This document shows positions 63,799-64,000 of a stretch of DNA of 64,000 nucleotides, in pieces. The DNA comes from Callorhinchus milii (taxonomy: Eukaryota): contig NW_024704743.1 in the NCBI RefSeq assembly GCF_018977255.1, positions 28,646,001 to 28,710,000 of the forward strand, read 5' to 3'. The translations under genes were made by a program, and so were the position numbers. Each line of letters starts with the position of its first letter. Position 1 is the first letter of the stretch. Below the pieces are notes generated by a model, which made no database searches, was not told the origin of the DNA, and was given only the letters and a program-made list of their open reading frames with translations.

Positions 63799-63972
63799 AG
63801 GTTTTGAGATATTTTGATGTAATAAAGTGTTGTAAAAACACATATTCTTATCAGTGACAGCTAAGATTGTCTCAGTACCAAAAGCCGAGAAATGTTTAAA
63901 ACATTTTTCATCCCTTAGTCCCATTTTATCTAATTCTTCCAGAATACCTTCTCTTTCCATCATAGCATCAAG
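63799..63972 (-). CDS. Candidate internal coding exon of an unidentified gene
   Basis: acacag|CTT acceptor, CCT|gttaga donor (weak); 174 nt open, phase 0-0, protein-like: LDAMMEREGILEELDKMGLRDEKCFKHFSAFGTETILAVTDKNMCFYNTLLHQNISKP. Confidence 0.55.
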
Positions 63973-64000
63973 CTGTGTTTTTTTTAAAATGAGTCTAATG

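Noticed and set aside
43000..64000. EXOC2 3' exons expected from mammalian synteny
   Set aside because: No EXOC2-like peptide recognised on the - strand within the window

Overview
Vertebrate genomic DNA; the SINE/LINE repertoire suggests a cartilaginous fish (inference). The centre holds a complete IRF4 gene on the + strand: a probable non-coding exon 1 at ~28035-28117 and eight coding exons at 29506-42935. These splice with canonical GT-AG sites into an intact 1338-nt CDS (445 aa). Upstream on the same strand are three decayed exons (10374-12665) of a DUSP22-like phosphatase, IRF4's syntenic neighbour in mammals, with stops, frameshifts, a lost splice donor and a lost catalytic Cys. Downstream, phase-compatible candidate exons on the - strand (63972 down to 55656) suggest an unidentified convergent gene. 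The rest is dense in tRNA-derived SINEs (two families sharing one 3' tail), L2 and CR1 LINE fragments, hAT-type MITEs, a long fold-back element, local duplications and G-rich repeats around the IRF4 5' end. All homology calls are from memory of the families; no searches were run.
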